Notes: a model not told the origin generated them from the sequence alone. A DNA stretch of 64,000 bases from Botryllus schlosseri (GCA_051294905.1 CM119382.1:12276001-12340000), one strand, 5' to 3'. Positions 49,301 through 60,992 are shown, numbered from the stretch's first letter. Made by a program: numbers and translations.

Positions 49301-52300
49301 CAACCCGAGAAGGTCATTAGACGGACAGCTCCCTATATTATCTCGAGATGGAATGATTGATCCGAAAAGGAAAAGCGATCAATTCTATCGACGACACCGA
49401 AGGTATAGCTATAGAATATGTGAGTTATAGGTTAATTTAACCCGCTGCAGCAACCGGGATGGACCAGTGCGTTTTGAACTTGGACTCAAGCTTAAACAGA
49501 GGATCACCAAAAGTAAACGCACATTTGTGGCGAGAGAAAAGATCTTGGGTTTGAGCAAGATCTCGTCGAACCTCTTTCACAAATATATTATGACCCGAAA
49601 CATACCGTACAGTAAGTTACAGATAGACAGACGCATAGACAGTTACAGATAGTATGGTCAGCATAGAGTTGGACTTGTTTGCATAGTTTCTAATGTAATG
49701 TGGGATAGGGCACAACCCGGATACAATGTTATAGACAAGCGGTTTAAGAAGAATCATACATAGTCTTGCCAGAATTATATACCATATCCATCCGTTCTCG
49801 CTGCATCATATCTATCGATATGTTGACCGTTTCGGGGTAAAACATGTTACGTTACAGGTTTACAAATGCATGGGAAATTGAAGGCCCAACCCTTTGTGGA
49901 CTAGCGTAACAAATTCGGTACATACCGAATTACATCATTTTGTGCTGACTTCACGCATACTTGACACGGCCACGACGGCCGTCGTAGAAAGTACACATTC
50001 CGAACATCCCTTTGGCGCCTTTTAAAATAGAGTGTTTGGAGTGAAAGGTGGGTGTCCCGGACGTTGTTTGTTGCATTGGCATGTCTGAGTGAAGTCAGTG
50101 GACCCACGTTCTTTGTTGCTTCAAGGTCGAAGGATTTGGTGAGTATATTCGTTTATAAAAATATGTATAGGATTCTTTACACCATAAATCACATAGCCAG
50201 AAGTGTTTTGGATCAATAATGTGTTATTCTTCTTGGCAAAGTTGAAAATGGGGAGTGATGCGAATTTGCGTCATTAGCCCTTTGTTGGTCAATTCTGACA
50301 ACATTCCTACTACTGAAATATTTCCATATGGAATAGGTATTTACGTGAGAAAAGAGGGGAATAGATTCACCAACTTCACGAGTCAAGAAAGTGCCTTGAT
50401 ACATCACATAATGACAATAAATATGTAAACTAACTACTAGAATAGTGCGAATTAGTAACAAATATTGTCAATAATTTCAATCAGAAATTGCTGTTGCGGA
50501 AATGGATACCAGATGTGTTTATGGGAAAAAATCACTCATCAAGTGACGGTAAACTGGAAAGGCAGTAAAGATGGTGGCAGTGATTCTGACGACGAAGAAC
50601 GTTCTACTGCAGCAACTTCTGCTGCTATGTGATAAATGAGTTCGGATGAATCCTCTTCCACCGATGAATCTGATGAAGATTCCTCAATCGTGTTTTCAAA
50701 AGTAGGGAAAGGGAAAACACCGGGTCATATTGCATGTACACCGCATGAACCAAAACGAAAACCTATATGGAAAACAATTCTAGGTGAAAAGATCCCTGGC
50801 TACTATTTCCCTAATGGAAGGCAGAATTGCTCGACAGTGACTATACTGTTTCTTCTCCGCACGCATATTTCGAATATTTTGTTGTAGCGGAATTGCTGGA
50901 CTGGATTGTTTATGAGAGCAATTTATTTGCCGTTCAAACTAATCCAACGAAGGTAATGCAGATGACTGGAGACGGTATTGAAAAAGACTTGGGAAGTTGC
51001 ATGCATATGTCTATCGTGAAAATGCCAAGATCCTATTTGTAATGGGCAGGGTTGTAATGACTCGAGTCATGACTCGACTCGAGTCCGACTCGAGTCACGA
51101 TTTTCAGAGGACTCGACTTGACTCGAGTCATTTTTTCAAAATACAGAAATGACTAGACTCGACTCGAGTCAATCTGTGTATTGACTCGACTTGGACTCGA
51201 GTCATTGCGCATGACTCGCACCAAGTCATTGACTCGAGACTCAGACAGCCAAGACCGACATTTCATTGTAATTCCGAAGCAAACACACTATTGGGATTTC
51301 GTCTGTTTGTACTGGTACTTGAATATGAGACCAGAAACTGCTAAAAGTGAGGAAAATTGGTATATTATAAATGCGAAACATTCGATATCACCAAACAGAG
51401 TTATAAAAAGTGGGTTTACCAAGACTTTAACTGGAAACTGAGCAGTGTACACAATGACTTGGACTCGGACTCGAGTCATAATTCCATGACTCGGACTCGA
51501 CCCTCTGCTCGCTGACTTCGACTCGGACTTGACTCGGTGGTGAATTGAAATGACTCGACTTGACTCGAGTCCAAAGTATAAAAGTGAGATTGACTTGTGA
51601 CTCGGAGCCTTGTGACTTGGTTACAACCCTGGTAATGGGCCAATGATACTAGATATGATAAAGTTTCTGATATCATGTCCCGAGATCGATGGAAGCAGAT
51701 CAAATCTTTCTTGCTCATAGTTCATCTCGCATGTGATTTTTTGCAGTAGGATCAAACGTGCGATCAAACATACTGAGTGGCTGTCAATTCAGTAATGGCA
51801 CAGACTTCATGACAAGGAGAGTGATATTTGAAGTGAAGGAGGTTTCTCTGGACGGCGTTAGTATTTGGCAGTAAAGTGGTATGACAATCGCAGTGTGATA
51901 CTGGTCAGTACCTTTGTCAAAGCTAATCCTGTTAGTAAGATTGAGATTTATTGGTTGATCTTGCTGTCGTCAATAGTTAATTGCTGTACTGACGACTGTT
52001 TTTGTGCAATTTCCGAAACAGATGCAAAAATATCTGCTTGCACCAAATTATAAGCAGAATACCTGGTAAAGTATGGAAAATTAGTGACAGGGGAAAAAGA
52101 GGGAGGTCATCTCTCTGTATCCAGCAGGAGTATCATAAGAAAATGAAAAGAGGACCAACAAAGCCCACCCCAACGCGACCAAGTGGGTCACTCGCCTTCC
52201 ATGGACACCAGGCAGAGATGCAAGAGACATACCTATGAAGAACAACCTGTTACAAAATGTGTCAAATGTCATGTACATCTGTGCCTGAACAAAAACTATA

Positions 52301-55300
52301 ACTGTTTTGCTAATTTTGACCAATAATTTCAATGGACAAAATTGACCTGTTTTGTTTCGATTTTTGTCGCGAAAGCCTGATGTCGCAAATTTGCGACAAA
52401 CATTTAAAATAATAAATAATAAAAGAAAAATTTGAATTTTGTTGACCAATGTCTAAGTTGAGGCAAAACAATTAAAGTTACGCATAGAAATAATTTTTCC
52501 AACCATAGAGAATATATTCAGTCCACAAAGGGTTAAAACCATTGTAAGAGCAATCGAACGATATTGATCACGGGGATATGATGTAGAGATGATCGGTTAT
52601 GGCTTATGATATTTCTAATTAAAACGTATGAACCATAGATCTTCAGTTCACACATGATTCCATATCCAATTTCATATAACATTCAAATTCAAGTACATAT
52701 CCGGAATAATGACGAAAAGTCGTTCGTCCTAATTTGAAGTCATTCAAAATTTCGCTTTCAAATTCCATTATCCGGTATCATATGGGTCTAAATTAAATCC
52801 AAATTCGCCTACAATTGAATAATATGTTCATATTAAAATAAACCGGAATATTTTCAGTTGGTACAAAAATTAGAATTCAAATTTTCATGCCTGTCATGTC
52901 ATATCTGGTGATACGACTGTTGATAATACAAAGTTCTTTTGAATTCCATCTATTATAGTTGCTGACGATTACCCTTGGCGACCGTTCGACTACAATATTC
53001 GGGTTTATTTCAATATGAATATACCATTCACTTACATATCTAAGTTCTGTAGCTCCAAGAGTCTCTTCAAGTATATCCAAATGTGTGCCAACTGCCAAGT
53101 GCGTATTCCCAGTCGAGCGACGACGGTTTAGTACCTTTTGCGATACAACAATAGTGTCAAATACAGAATAACTTAATTTAGCCTTTTATAATTTTATAGC
53201 GGGTCGGACAAAGATTCAGCTTACAGCGAAGGCTCCATGAATGATCGGGACCGATCGCTGCCCACCAAGATTAGACGGACCGCCAGCATGCGAGATGCCA
53301 ACAGAGCAAGGCAATCAGTCAAAACGTCACGCCATCACGCTGGGGAGAGGAGGATGCACCATTCAGCCGACCGGTATGTTCGCCTCTAGAGTCTAGCCTA
53401 AGTCGGGTATAGTGGGCGAATTATAGCTGTCTCTCACAGTATCAAGTACCGGCATTTAATTCATATACAGGTGCATACAAGCACCAATGAGAGATGAATT
53501 TAAAAAGTTTGCCTGCACAAATCAAGAAACCGGCGAGTAATATGCAAACCCTGTACGATGTCAATGATGATGTACGATGTACGGTCAATATCTTGGGTCG
53601 CGATGATGGATACATTTCGCCAAAATTGCAATCGCGGGCAACTGTAGACATGAAGACGTTCCGGTTATATAGCAAAATGACGATTACAACAATGCCTTTT
53701 CTTATACCTACCCCTTTTATTGTGCGGATATGTGTTTTTTGCGAGTTTGTTAGCATCTGTACATTGGATTTGACCTACAGTTGTGTTGTCCCCGCTGCAT
53801 TGTACGCAGAGATAGTCACCAGTCAGTGACGATCGACTATTATTTGGAGTATACCCGAGTCACGAGCCATCTACTTGCACTATTTACTCAAATGTTTATA
53901 TTTGAACCTATACTTCCTCTTCAATTACAGCAGTTTGTGATGCCAAACTAGCGTGAAGTCGGAAGTTACGCTTATATAAGGTTGCATCACTTTTTGAGTG
54001 AAATGATCACGCACCCCTGATATACGGGTGTGAATACACACTCATGACCCACGAAACCAGAACTGACCTCTGACTTATACCGAGGTATAAATCGAGTACA
54101 AGATTTTCATCCAAATTATATGTATGCATATAGGAAAGTAGCAAGACATGCACTGCACGTAGGTACGTGCGATTTATGACCGCGATATAATTCCGAGTTG
54201 GTTGCCTATACAATACAGTGGATAAAATTGCATCGATGCAGACACACAAAAACAAAGGAATAACTCTTCAGCACACACCAAATAAGTATATGTCAGACAT
54301 ATTGGCTTGAAATCAATGTTGTTTCAGGCGACCGAGACAGCTATCAGCCGCCGAATTAATGAATGATGAACACCGCCAACGCAAATCAGTTCCAAACTGG
54401 CTCAAAGCAGCACTTGATGATGACGAGCCAGACATACCGAGGATTTCCTCCACGATGCCTGCAGCGAGACGAAAAAACGAATTCCCGCTCCTACACACGT
54501 CCGACGAGGAGTCGGTAGCGTACCCATCCGTGTCGCAAACACTCGGGAATCAGAGGGAGCCGAAGTGGGGACACGGCGGTCGCGCCTACCGGGAAAATCA
54601 TCAACATATGCGCAGAGGGATAAACCACGGTCGACATAACGCTGCGTACGGGCAGCACGGAAGGGGTGGGAAGCGGCCGCACGCCCATGGACACAGGATG
54701 CTGCATAATCACGGAAAACGACATGGACATGGTCAAGGACAAAACAGGCAAGTCGAATCAACTATAACACATCACCACTGATTGCCAGGGTTGTGATGAC
54801 TCGAGTCATGACTCGACTTGAGTCCGACTCGAGTCACATTTTTCTGATGACTCGACTTGACTCGAGTTATTTTCTCAAAATACGGAAATGACTCGACTCG
54901 ACTCGAGTCAACCTGTGTATTGACTCGACTTGGACTCGAGTCATTGCGTATGACTCGAACCAAGTCATATGACTCGAGACTCAGACGGCCAAGACCGACA
55001 TTTCATTGTAATTTCGAAGCACATTAAAGTAACCACACTATTGGGATTTCGTCTATTGGTACTGATACTAGAAAATCCGACCAGAAACTGCCAAAAAGTG
55101 AGTAAAATTAGTATATGATCAATGCGAACCATTCGATGTCACCAAACAGAATTTAAAAAAGTGGATTTAACAAGACTTTGACTAGAAACTGAACAAGCAA
55201 CACAATGACTTGAACTCGAACTCGAGTCATAACACCATGACTCGAACTCGACCCTCTGCTCGCTGACTCGGACTCGGACTTGACTCGGTGGTGAATTGAA

Positions 55301-56453
55301 AATGACTCGACTTGACTGGAGTCAAAACCATAAAAGTGAAATTGACTTGTGACTATGAGCCTTTTGACTTGGTTACAACCCTGCTGATTTCATATTGAAT
55401 TTCACCATTTCGTTAAATCAAATTCGGAATTTCTATAAATATTCAAATTCAAATTGTAATTCATTTTCGAATTACGTACGTAGATCGCGACAATGTTGGA
55501 GTTACTTCAACAATTCCAGCTCAGTTAGAAATATTTTGACTGTTTCGACATAATATTATTTTATTTCAACATACATGAGCAATTGATCATTTTACGCCAA
55601 GCCCTTAAGTTTAAAGCAGCATGCATTTCCACTGCGTGATAGCATGGTCTACTTTTGCTCCAGGCTTTTGCAAGGCACGGTCCTATATGCAGCTCGGGTG
55701 ATTCATCGTCGCTAACTTCGAGTCATTTCGATTCACTCCAAATTTTGACTCGAGACAATGAGTGAAACTACGAAGTTCGGGTTATCGACCCGTGGTATAG
55801 AGGCTTAGCCACACCGAATCAGTCTAACTTGGTGCTGTGCATGGACAGCGGTTATTATGTAAATTGTTGAGAATGCTCTACTGAGTATCATATGAGAGTA
55901 TAATTCAATGTAAGCGGTGTTTATCGACTGAATTGCCAAATGACACCTATAACGACAGGCTATTTCGACCGCGGTCAGGCTGGACTCCGTAACCTATTTC
56001 TTTCATAGATGCCGAACGATCGCCACAATATTCTTACTCTGAACACAGCCGTAATCGACTTGACTTTCAGGGGGCATCACCGTCGAGGGGACCGCCAAGG
56101 TCGAATGGGACCAGGGCACCAGCGGACGAGACAGCATCCTTCTCATGGTCGCGTGCGTCCACAAGACGACGCCTTCCTGCGCAAGATGATGGAAAACGAC
56201 CAGTTAGTAGATCGCAAAGCGCCAAACACCAGACCAGGGGTGTGTATGTCGAGTTGTGCTCCTGCCAGTAATTAATATCACTCAAGTTCAGTTTCCTTGA
56301 TTTAAGGAGCAACGGGCCCCGAGGCAGAGGCTGCACGAGACACCGTCCTCTCTACATTTTCCCGAAAGATCGCGTTGGGATGATCACGAGATGGAGATGC
56401 CTGAGCGCGGTGTCACAAAAGCCATGATAGAGAATTATTTAGAATCGGCGTGA
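43388..56453 (+). CDS. MARVEL-domain (CMTM/plasmolipin-like) 4-TM protein with a long His/Arg-rich C-terminal tail, ~606 aa; CDS = join(43388..43603,44802..44961,47643..47764,47882..48165,49274..49402,53200..53373,54328..54747,56071..56239,56307..56453)
   Basis: YPRTLRGFVRTIQILLLLVSFVC / W..VEL / AGAAFGFIA resemble MARVEL motifs across four hydrophobic segments. Nine exons have consistent phases 0,1,0,2,2,2,2,0 and total 1821 nt with no internal stop; one GC donor at 54748; AATAAA at ~56552. Exons 1-4 are more secure than the linkage of the tail exons. Confidence 0.78.
43751..44222. mobile_element. hAT MITE family Z, older copy (MARVEL intron 1)
   Basis: Colinear with 35778-36305; ends TAGCGCTGCATTT / AAATGCAACCCCA; TSD eroded. 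Confidence 0.75.
44983..45334. mobile_element. hAT MITE family Y, 21 bp downstream of the MARVEL exon 2 donor
   Basis: TCGGGTTACCATA left end, truncated right end, perfect TSD ACTACATT (44975-44982, 45335-45342). Confidence 0.8.
45607..45648. repeat. (GA)n microsatellite
   Basis: Direct reading of the sequence. Confidence 0.9.
45722..45890 (-). mobile_element. tRNA-derived SINE family 2
   Basis: Minus strand: tRNA-like head with B box GGTTCGAACCC, followed by ...ACCAAAGACTTTTCAAA...GGCGCTCAGCAT. Confidence 0.6.
47189..47410. mobile_element. Small MITE-like inverted-repeat element
   Basis: CTTTCACA...GTGAAA arms; the right arm matches ~19553-19598 in reverse complement. Confidence 0.5.
48613..49066. 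mobile_element. Tol2-like AAGTA MITE, reverse orientation (MARVEL intron 4)
   Basis: CAGAGCTGGTC left end; right end reverse complement CAGAAGCGATCAAAGTAGTCAC as at 6040; flanks AGTTTATT / AGTTAATG. Confidence 0.6.
49890..52532 (+). mobile_element. Decayed piggyBac transposon (transposase pseudogene) in MARVEL intron 5
   Basis: 13-bp TIR CCCTTTGTGGACT / AGTCCACAAAGGG, TTAA on the right (CCAA on the left). Remnants include PHAYFEYFVVAELLDWIVYESNLFA, DIMSRDRWKQIK, KWYDNRSVILVSTF and C-terminal KCVKCHVHLCLNKNYNCF; stops, frameshifts and internal deletion. Confidence 0.9.
51047..51631 (-). mobile_element. GACTCGAGTC-rich hAT MITE, copy 3, inserted in the piggyBac ORF
   Basis: Perfect TSD GTAATGGG (51039-51046, 51632-51639). 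Confidence 0.92.
54786..55383 (-). mobile_element. GACTCGAGTC-rich hAT MITE, copy 4 (MARVEL GC-AG intron)
   Basis: CAGGGTTGT / ACAACCCTG ends; TSD CTGATTGC / CTGATTTC. Confidence 0.9.
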
Positions 56454-57646
56454 TAGCCCCGGCGTAATCCTATTTTTGTTTATTTGACTGTTATATATAT
56501 ATTCCAATGTCGTTTTTTTGGTGTCAATGTTACCTTGCGGACTCCTGTTTCAATAAACACCATCGCATAATAACGCTTTTAAAATATGGTTGTATGATGC
56601 GGTGGTATTTTTGGTTACTCAGTGTTTTGTTACTTGAGCAATGCTAATGGTGAAAGGAGTCACTACGCACTTGTGCTACTCAAGTTGAGGTACAAGTGTA
56701 AATCAATTTTGGAGGTATAAGCTATATTACTGGGGGATATAGAACTTTAAAACGAATAGTATAAACCACATTTCTTGAATCCATGAGCTACTTCTTGGGT
56801 ACTGATGAATGCGAAAGTCTACCAGTTATACTTCCGCTTTTCATCCGTTGTATGTTGTATGTCTTCACTTAGACATTCACAGCACTGGGCAGGGCTTTCG
56901 CTCCTGACGAAGAGCATATAACGCTCACCGGGACTGACATCAGTGTCTGCAAGTTCAATTGGGTTGCCGCACCGCGCGTCGAATCGCCCATCTTTGCATC
57001 GTAGCTAGGGAATATTAACTACATTACTGTTAAGCATCCGCGGGTGCGAATAAGAGCAACGCCCCGATCGAAAACTGCGCTCGCATGTTCCTTAGGGTCG
57101 ACTGACCGATGTTCAACTGTCTTTCATGTGGAACACTTCTCGTTTCCAGCCTTTGAAGCTCTCATTTGAATATTTTCTACAGCGACCGCGGTTGGCTAAT
57201 TTGGTCCTGGCGAGTGACCTTGAACCGGCGGGCACCGTCTTGATGACACCTGCTATAAACTACAATATCGTTAGTGACTTTACCCTAACCCTAACACTTT
57301 TCCTCCAAAGAGCCTTTTTACGCTATATTTTGAATTGTCAATCTCGCCACACTTAGACGTCACAATTAGAGATTCATGACGTCATGGCTAAAAAACATGT
57401 TCTAAACATGTCTGTTTCAAATTGATTTTTGTTTTAAATGCAAACAGGCGTAGCTAATATAACTGACGCTTTTATGATCTGTCTGTGAAGCATCCGTGCA
57501 GAGTGCGTACAAAAGGCACGAAGTTATGGAGAAATAAAACAATCCCTTATAAGGTCATGTCCTATGGCATGTATAATATGACTTTTGAATCTAAAACGCA
57601 AGGATCTAGATTGAAATGACATGCGGTATAGATGTTGCCCCTACGA

Positions 57647-58043
57647 TAGGGTTACCATATTTTGGAAATCCGAAAAGAGGAAACTTTTTCAAAATTTTCA
57701 GACTTGCAATATCGGAGGAAAATCTTGAAAAGATAGTAAATTATTTTCACTTCATGGTCGGTTGACTAAAAAATGGTCAACTTTCCGACTAAGCTCCGAA
57801 AATACAGTTTTTCTTTCACATTATCGATTGGAGCTTTCCGGCCCAGCTCCCAAAATAGTCGCTGGAGCTTTACTTCAGTGCTGATTTACTGTGTCTCGGT
57901 CGAATTTTACCCTATATTTAACCAAAATTCTCACAAAAGAGGACAAAACCTCAAAAAATTCGTCTTGGGCGTCCTCAGAGGACACTTTCAAAAAAGTCAA
58001 AAAAGAGGCAAATCCCCTTAAAAGAGGACGTATGGTAACCGTA
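57647..58043. mobile_element. hAT MITE family Y, 397 bp
   Basis: TAGGGTTACCATA / TATGGTAACCGTA; TSD CCCTACGA / CTCTACGA. Confidence 0.85.
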
Positions 58044-58456
58044 CTCTACGAGTATGATCAATTAGGACACAGTTTGTAAAATGCCAGTTTTAGGAAGCGA
58101 ATTTCAAGGCAGCCTAAAAAAGTACTCAATTGAATTATTTTCTTGCCGGAGATCTGCGACCCGCAGATAAAACTTGTTACGGAAAGTTTTCTACTGCTTC
58201 TACATCACTGTGTTCCAAACATTTCAAGACAATTCGCAAAACTGTCCCTTGGCATATTTTTCCATGGTTCAAGGTTTCTCACCAAATCAACGCAAAACAA
58301 CGCGTTGGGTTTTATCGAGTCAATATAACGGGTGTAACCAAATTTTTGTGACCATCTCGACCAGGCCCTGCCTATAGTTTCTACGTGTTAGAGGTTTATC
58401 TGGGCTCCTCATAGCCGACCTCACTGGAAATACGGTGTCGCGCAAAAAGTCTAGAT

Positions 58457-59526
58457 CAGTGGTTCTCAACCGGTCCGTGAAGCATTTGCAGGGGCTCCGC
58501 GGAAACTTTAAATTTGTAAAATGATTGACAGCCTAATTTCTCTTTATTTTTTAATTGGGAAAAGCATGAGCCAGTTTCGCTTCGTAACTGCTGAATCTTT
58601 AGAACTCAAATCATTCAAGTGGTCCTCTGAGATGAAATATGCGATTGTGCAAACCTATTTTAATTGTCAAATTGCCAATAGCCTGCTGGTACAAACACAT
58701 TGCTGTTTAGAGAAGTTTTGTTTGGGTTTTGTGGAAAAATGAAATGTTGGAAATAGCAAAATCAAACAGGGTGACTTCAAAATTATTGCAAAACATTTTG
58801 GATATGGTTTTGTCAGTCTCAGCAAATTAGTAAACAGTCGTTTGAAACAGAAATTCCTTAATTTTTTCCTAATCTGTCCCAATGAAGGAATTGAAACCTC
58901 ACCACGAAATTCATTTTCTTCTTTGATATAACCACTAAATTACTTCAATATGAGATGGTAAATAGAAATGACTAGGCTGGACGTGATATGTTAATTAAAA
59001 TTTCACACCATCATCATTGGTTTATTAGCAATTTTATCAGTTCAATACACCACAAAAATGCGATACAATGAAAAGACAGGAAGATGTCGAAGCGACAAGG
59101 AGTAGTCTATGGAATCTGACACCCACCTTGGCCTAGGCGATGTAAAGAGGAGGCATGCACACTGAATGAAAGTCGGAAGCGTTGCGCGTTAATATTACAT
59201 TCGCCAACAATATATCTTTGTGGAAATGGATTTTTCGCACTCGTTCATATCAAATCGAAGACGCGGATTTTCAAGACGATAAATACAGCTGGAAAACTAC
59301 CTTCGAAATAATAAAAGTCTGCCCAATTTCTACATTTAGTGTACTGAAATTTTCAAGAAAAGTCATTTTGTGACTGTTTATCACTAGCCTGCAATTAATA
59401 TTTGCACGAGGCAGATGACGGTTGCACGATAATTAAGCTAACTTTGAACGAAAACTTGAGGGGGTCCGCGGGGGTTCGTGACGGTCGAGAAGGGGTTCGC
59501 GAAGACAAAAAGGTCGAGAGCCACTG
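58457..59526. mobile_element. Charlie/Buster-type hAT element, 1070 bp, with possible degraded transposase C-terminus (-)
   Basis: Ends CAGTGGTTCTCAACC / GGTCGAGAGCCACTG; perfect TSD GTCTAGAT (classic NTCTAGAN). Confidence 0.88.
59020..59181 (-). mobile_element. LINE 3' UTR fragment nested in the Charlie element
   Basis: Near-identical to ~2930-3090, with (TGA)n tail. Confidence 0.75.
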
Positions 59527-59800
59527 GTCTAGATAAATTGAGTGAAGTCGAGGCTTCGAAGATCGACAGCAACAGACACCGACGAGGACACGCGGGAGAG
59601 AGAGAGTGAAAGATGGCGAATGCACGCGTGACCAGAAGTCGTCCGTACGAGAGTAAACGACTTAGGAACGATAGGCTGTCAGTAGAGATGATGCATGCCA
59701 AATTTGGCTCAATTCCAACCACTAGAAGCAAAGTTATTGCAGTAGAAAAATTTGGATTCGAATAAAATAGTATTTACGGCGACTAAGGGTGGATTGCACA

Positions 59801-60575
59801 CAGGGTTGCCAGATTGGCCCTTTTTAGAGGCTGTTGGCCCCAAAATAATAATTTGGCCCCTTGGCCCTTTATTTTCAATTTTTGGCCCTTTTTGGAAGCA
59901 GTTGAGACATACCGTCAAACTAAGTATTCAAATAAATCTATCTCGCAAATTGAGCTGACAATGTTTATGCCAATGTCAAAGATTCGAGTGGAAACACTGT
60001 GGTAGATTTGGATTTGTTTTTGTAGAATGTAGACTGTGTTGGAATTGTAAATACAGATTTGTGAACAGGTGGACGAAAAAGCATCGAACATAGATGGAAG
60101 CTATCTAGCAGAAAAATTCTGAAGAAGAGCACCCTTTTAGTACTTAATGATTGATAGAAATTTCAAAGAAAAAAATGCAACATAACCGTAGAGTTTTTTG
60201 GTGAAAAACCTAAAAATTAGGTATATATATTAAGTTGGATAAGTTTCAAATGTAAAGAAACTATTCTCTCAATGTTTAATGAAAATTCATAAAATTTAAT
60301 CACTCTTATATTATAGCACAAAAAGTTTTATTTTACGATTTTTTATTCAGTCGGAAAAGGCTTGAAACAATGAAGCAGTTATTGCATTTGGATCCAGTGT
60401 AGTTGCAGGTAGTGGATTTGGTGTCCTACAACAGTATCAACAATATAAAACTGGAATTCCAGGTGTCTATGGGTAATGTTGCAACGTTATTGACGTTATT
60501 GAACAATTTGGCCCTTTTTGGCCCCTTTTCCGGCGCTGTTTGGCCCTTTTTCGCAAAAGATGTCTGGCAACCCTG
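59801..60575. mobile_element. hAT element with GGCCC repeats, 775 bp
   Basis: 13-bp TIR CAGGGTTGCCAGA / TCTGGCAACCCTG; perfect TSD ATTGCACA (59793-59800, 60576-60583). Confidence 0.92.
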
Positions 60576-60992
60576 ATTGCACAGATGTCGATTAATTCCT
60601 AATCGCCGATTAAACGTCAGTAATCGGCTGGCTTCCGTGGCACAGATGCCGATCTGCCACTAATCGGTGAATTTTAATCGGCCAAATGTTATCCGCCGAG
60701 CGAGGTGTCTAGAAAGTTAATCGGCTGTGTGCTTCGCGTTGACTGCGGTCTGGGCTGGCTACAGGTACACTAGTATTTGGTATTGAGATGGTGTTAACTG
60801 GATGCTCTGACGTGCAGTTGCGGTATTAGCTGAAAACATTGTACTCAGACACTACTACAACTGTTGGCGCATATTATGGGCGTGGCCCTACCACAGCCGA
60901 TAGTACCTTATGCTATGATTACCGGTATGACATTTTTTACAGACTGTACTGTACACTGTACAGAATTCGATAGTATACTTTGGAAATAAAAT

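Noticed and set aside
53442-53829. ORFs 53494..53829 (+) and 53442..53756 (-) within the MARVEL gene
   Set aside because: No phase-compatible splice sites for the MARVEL frame and no recognisable homology.
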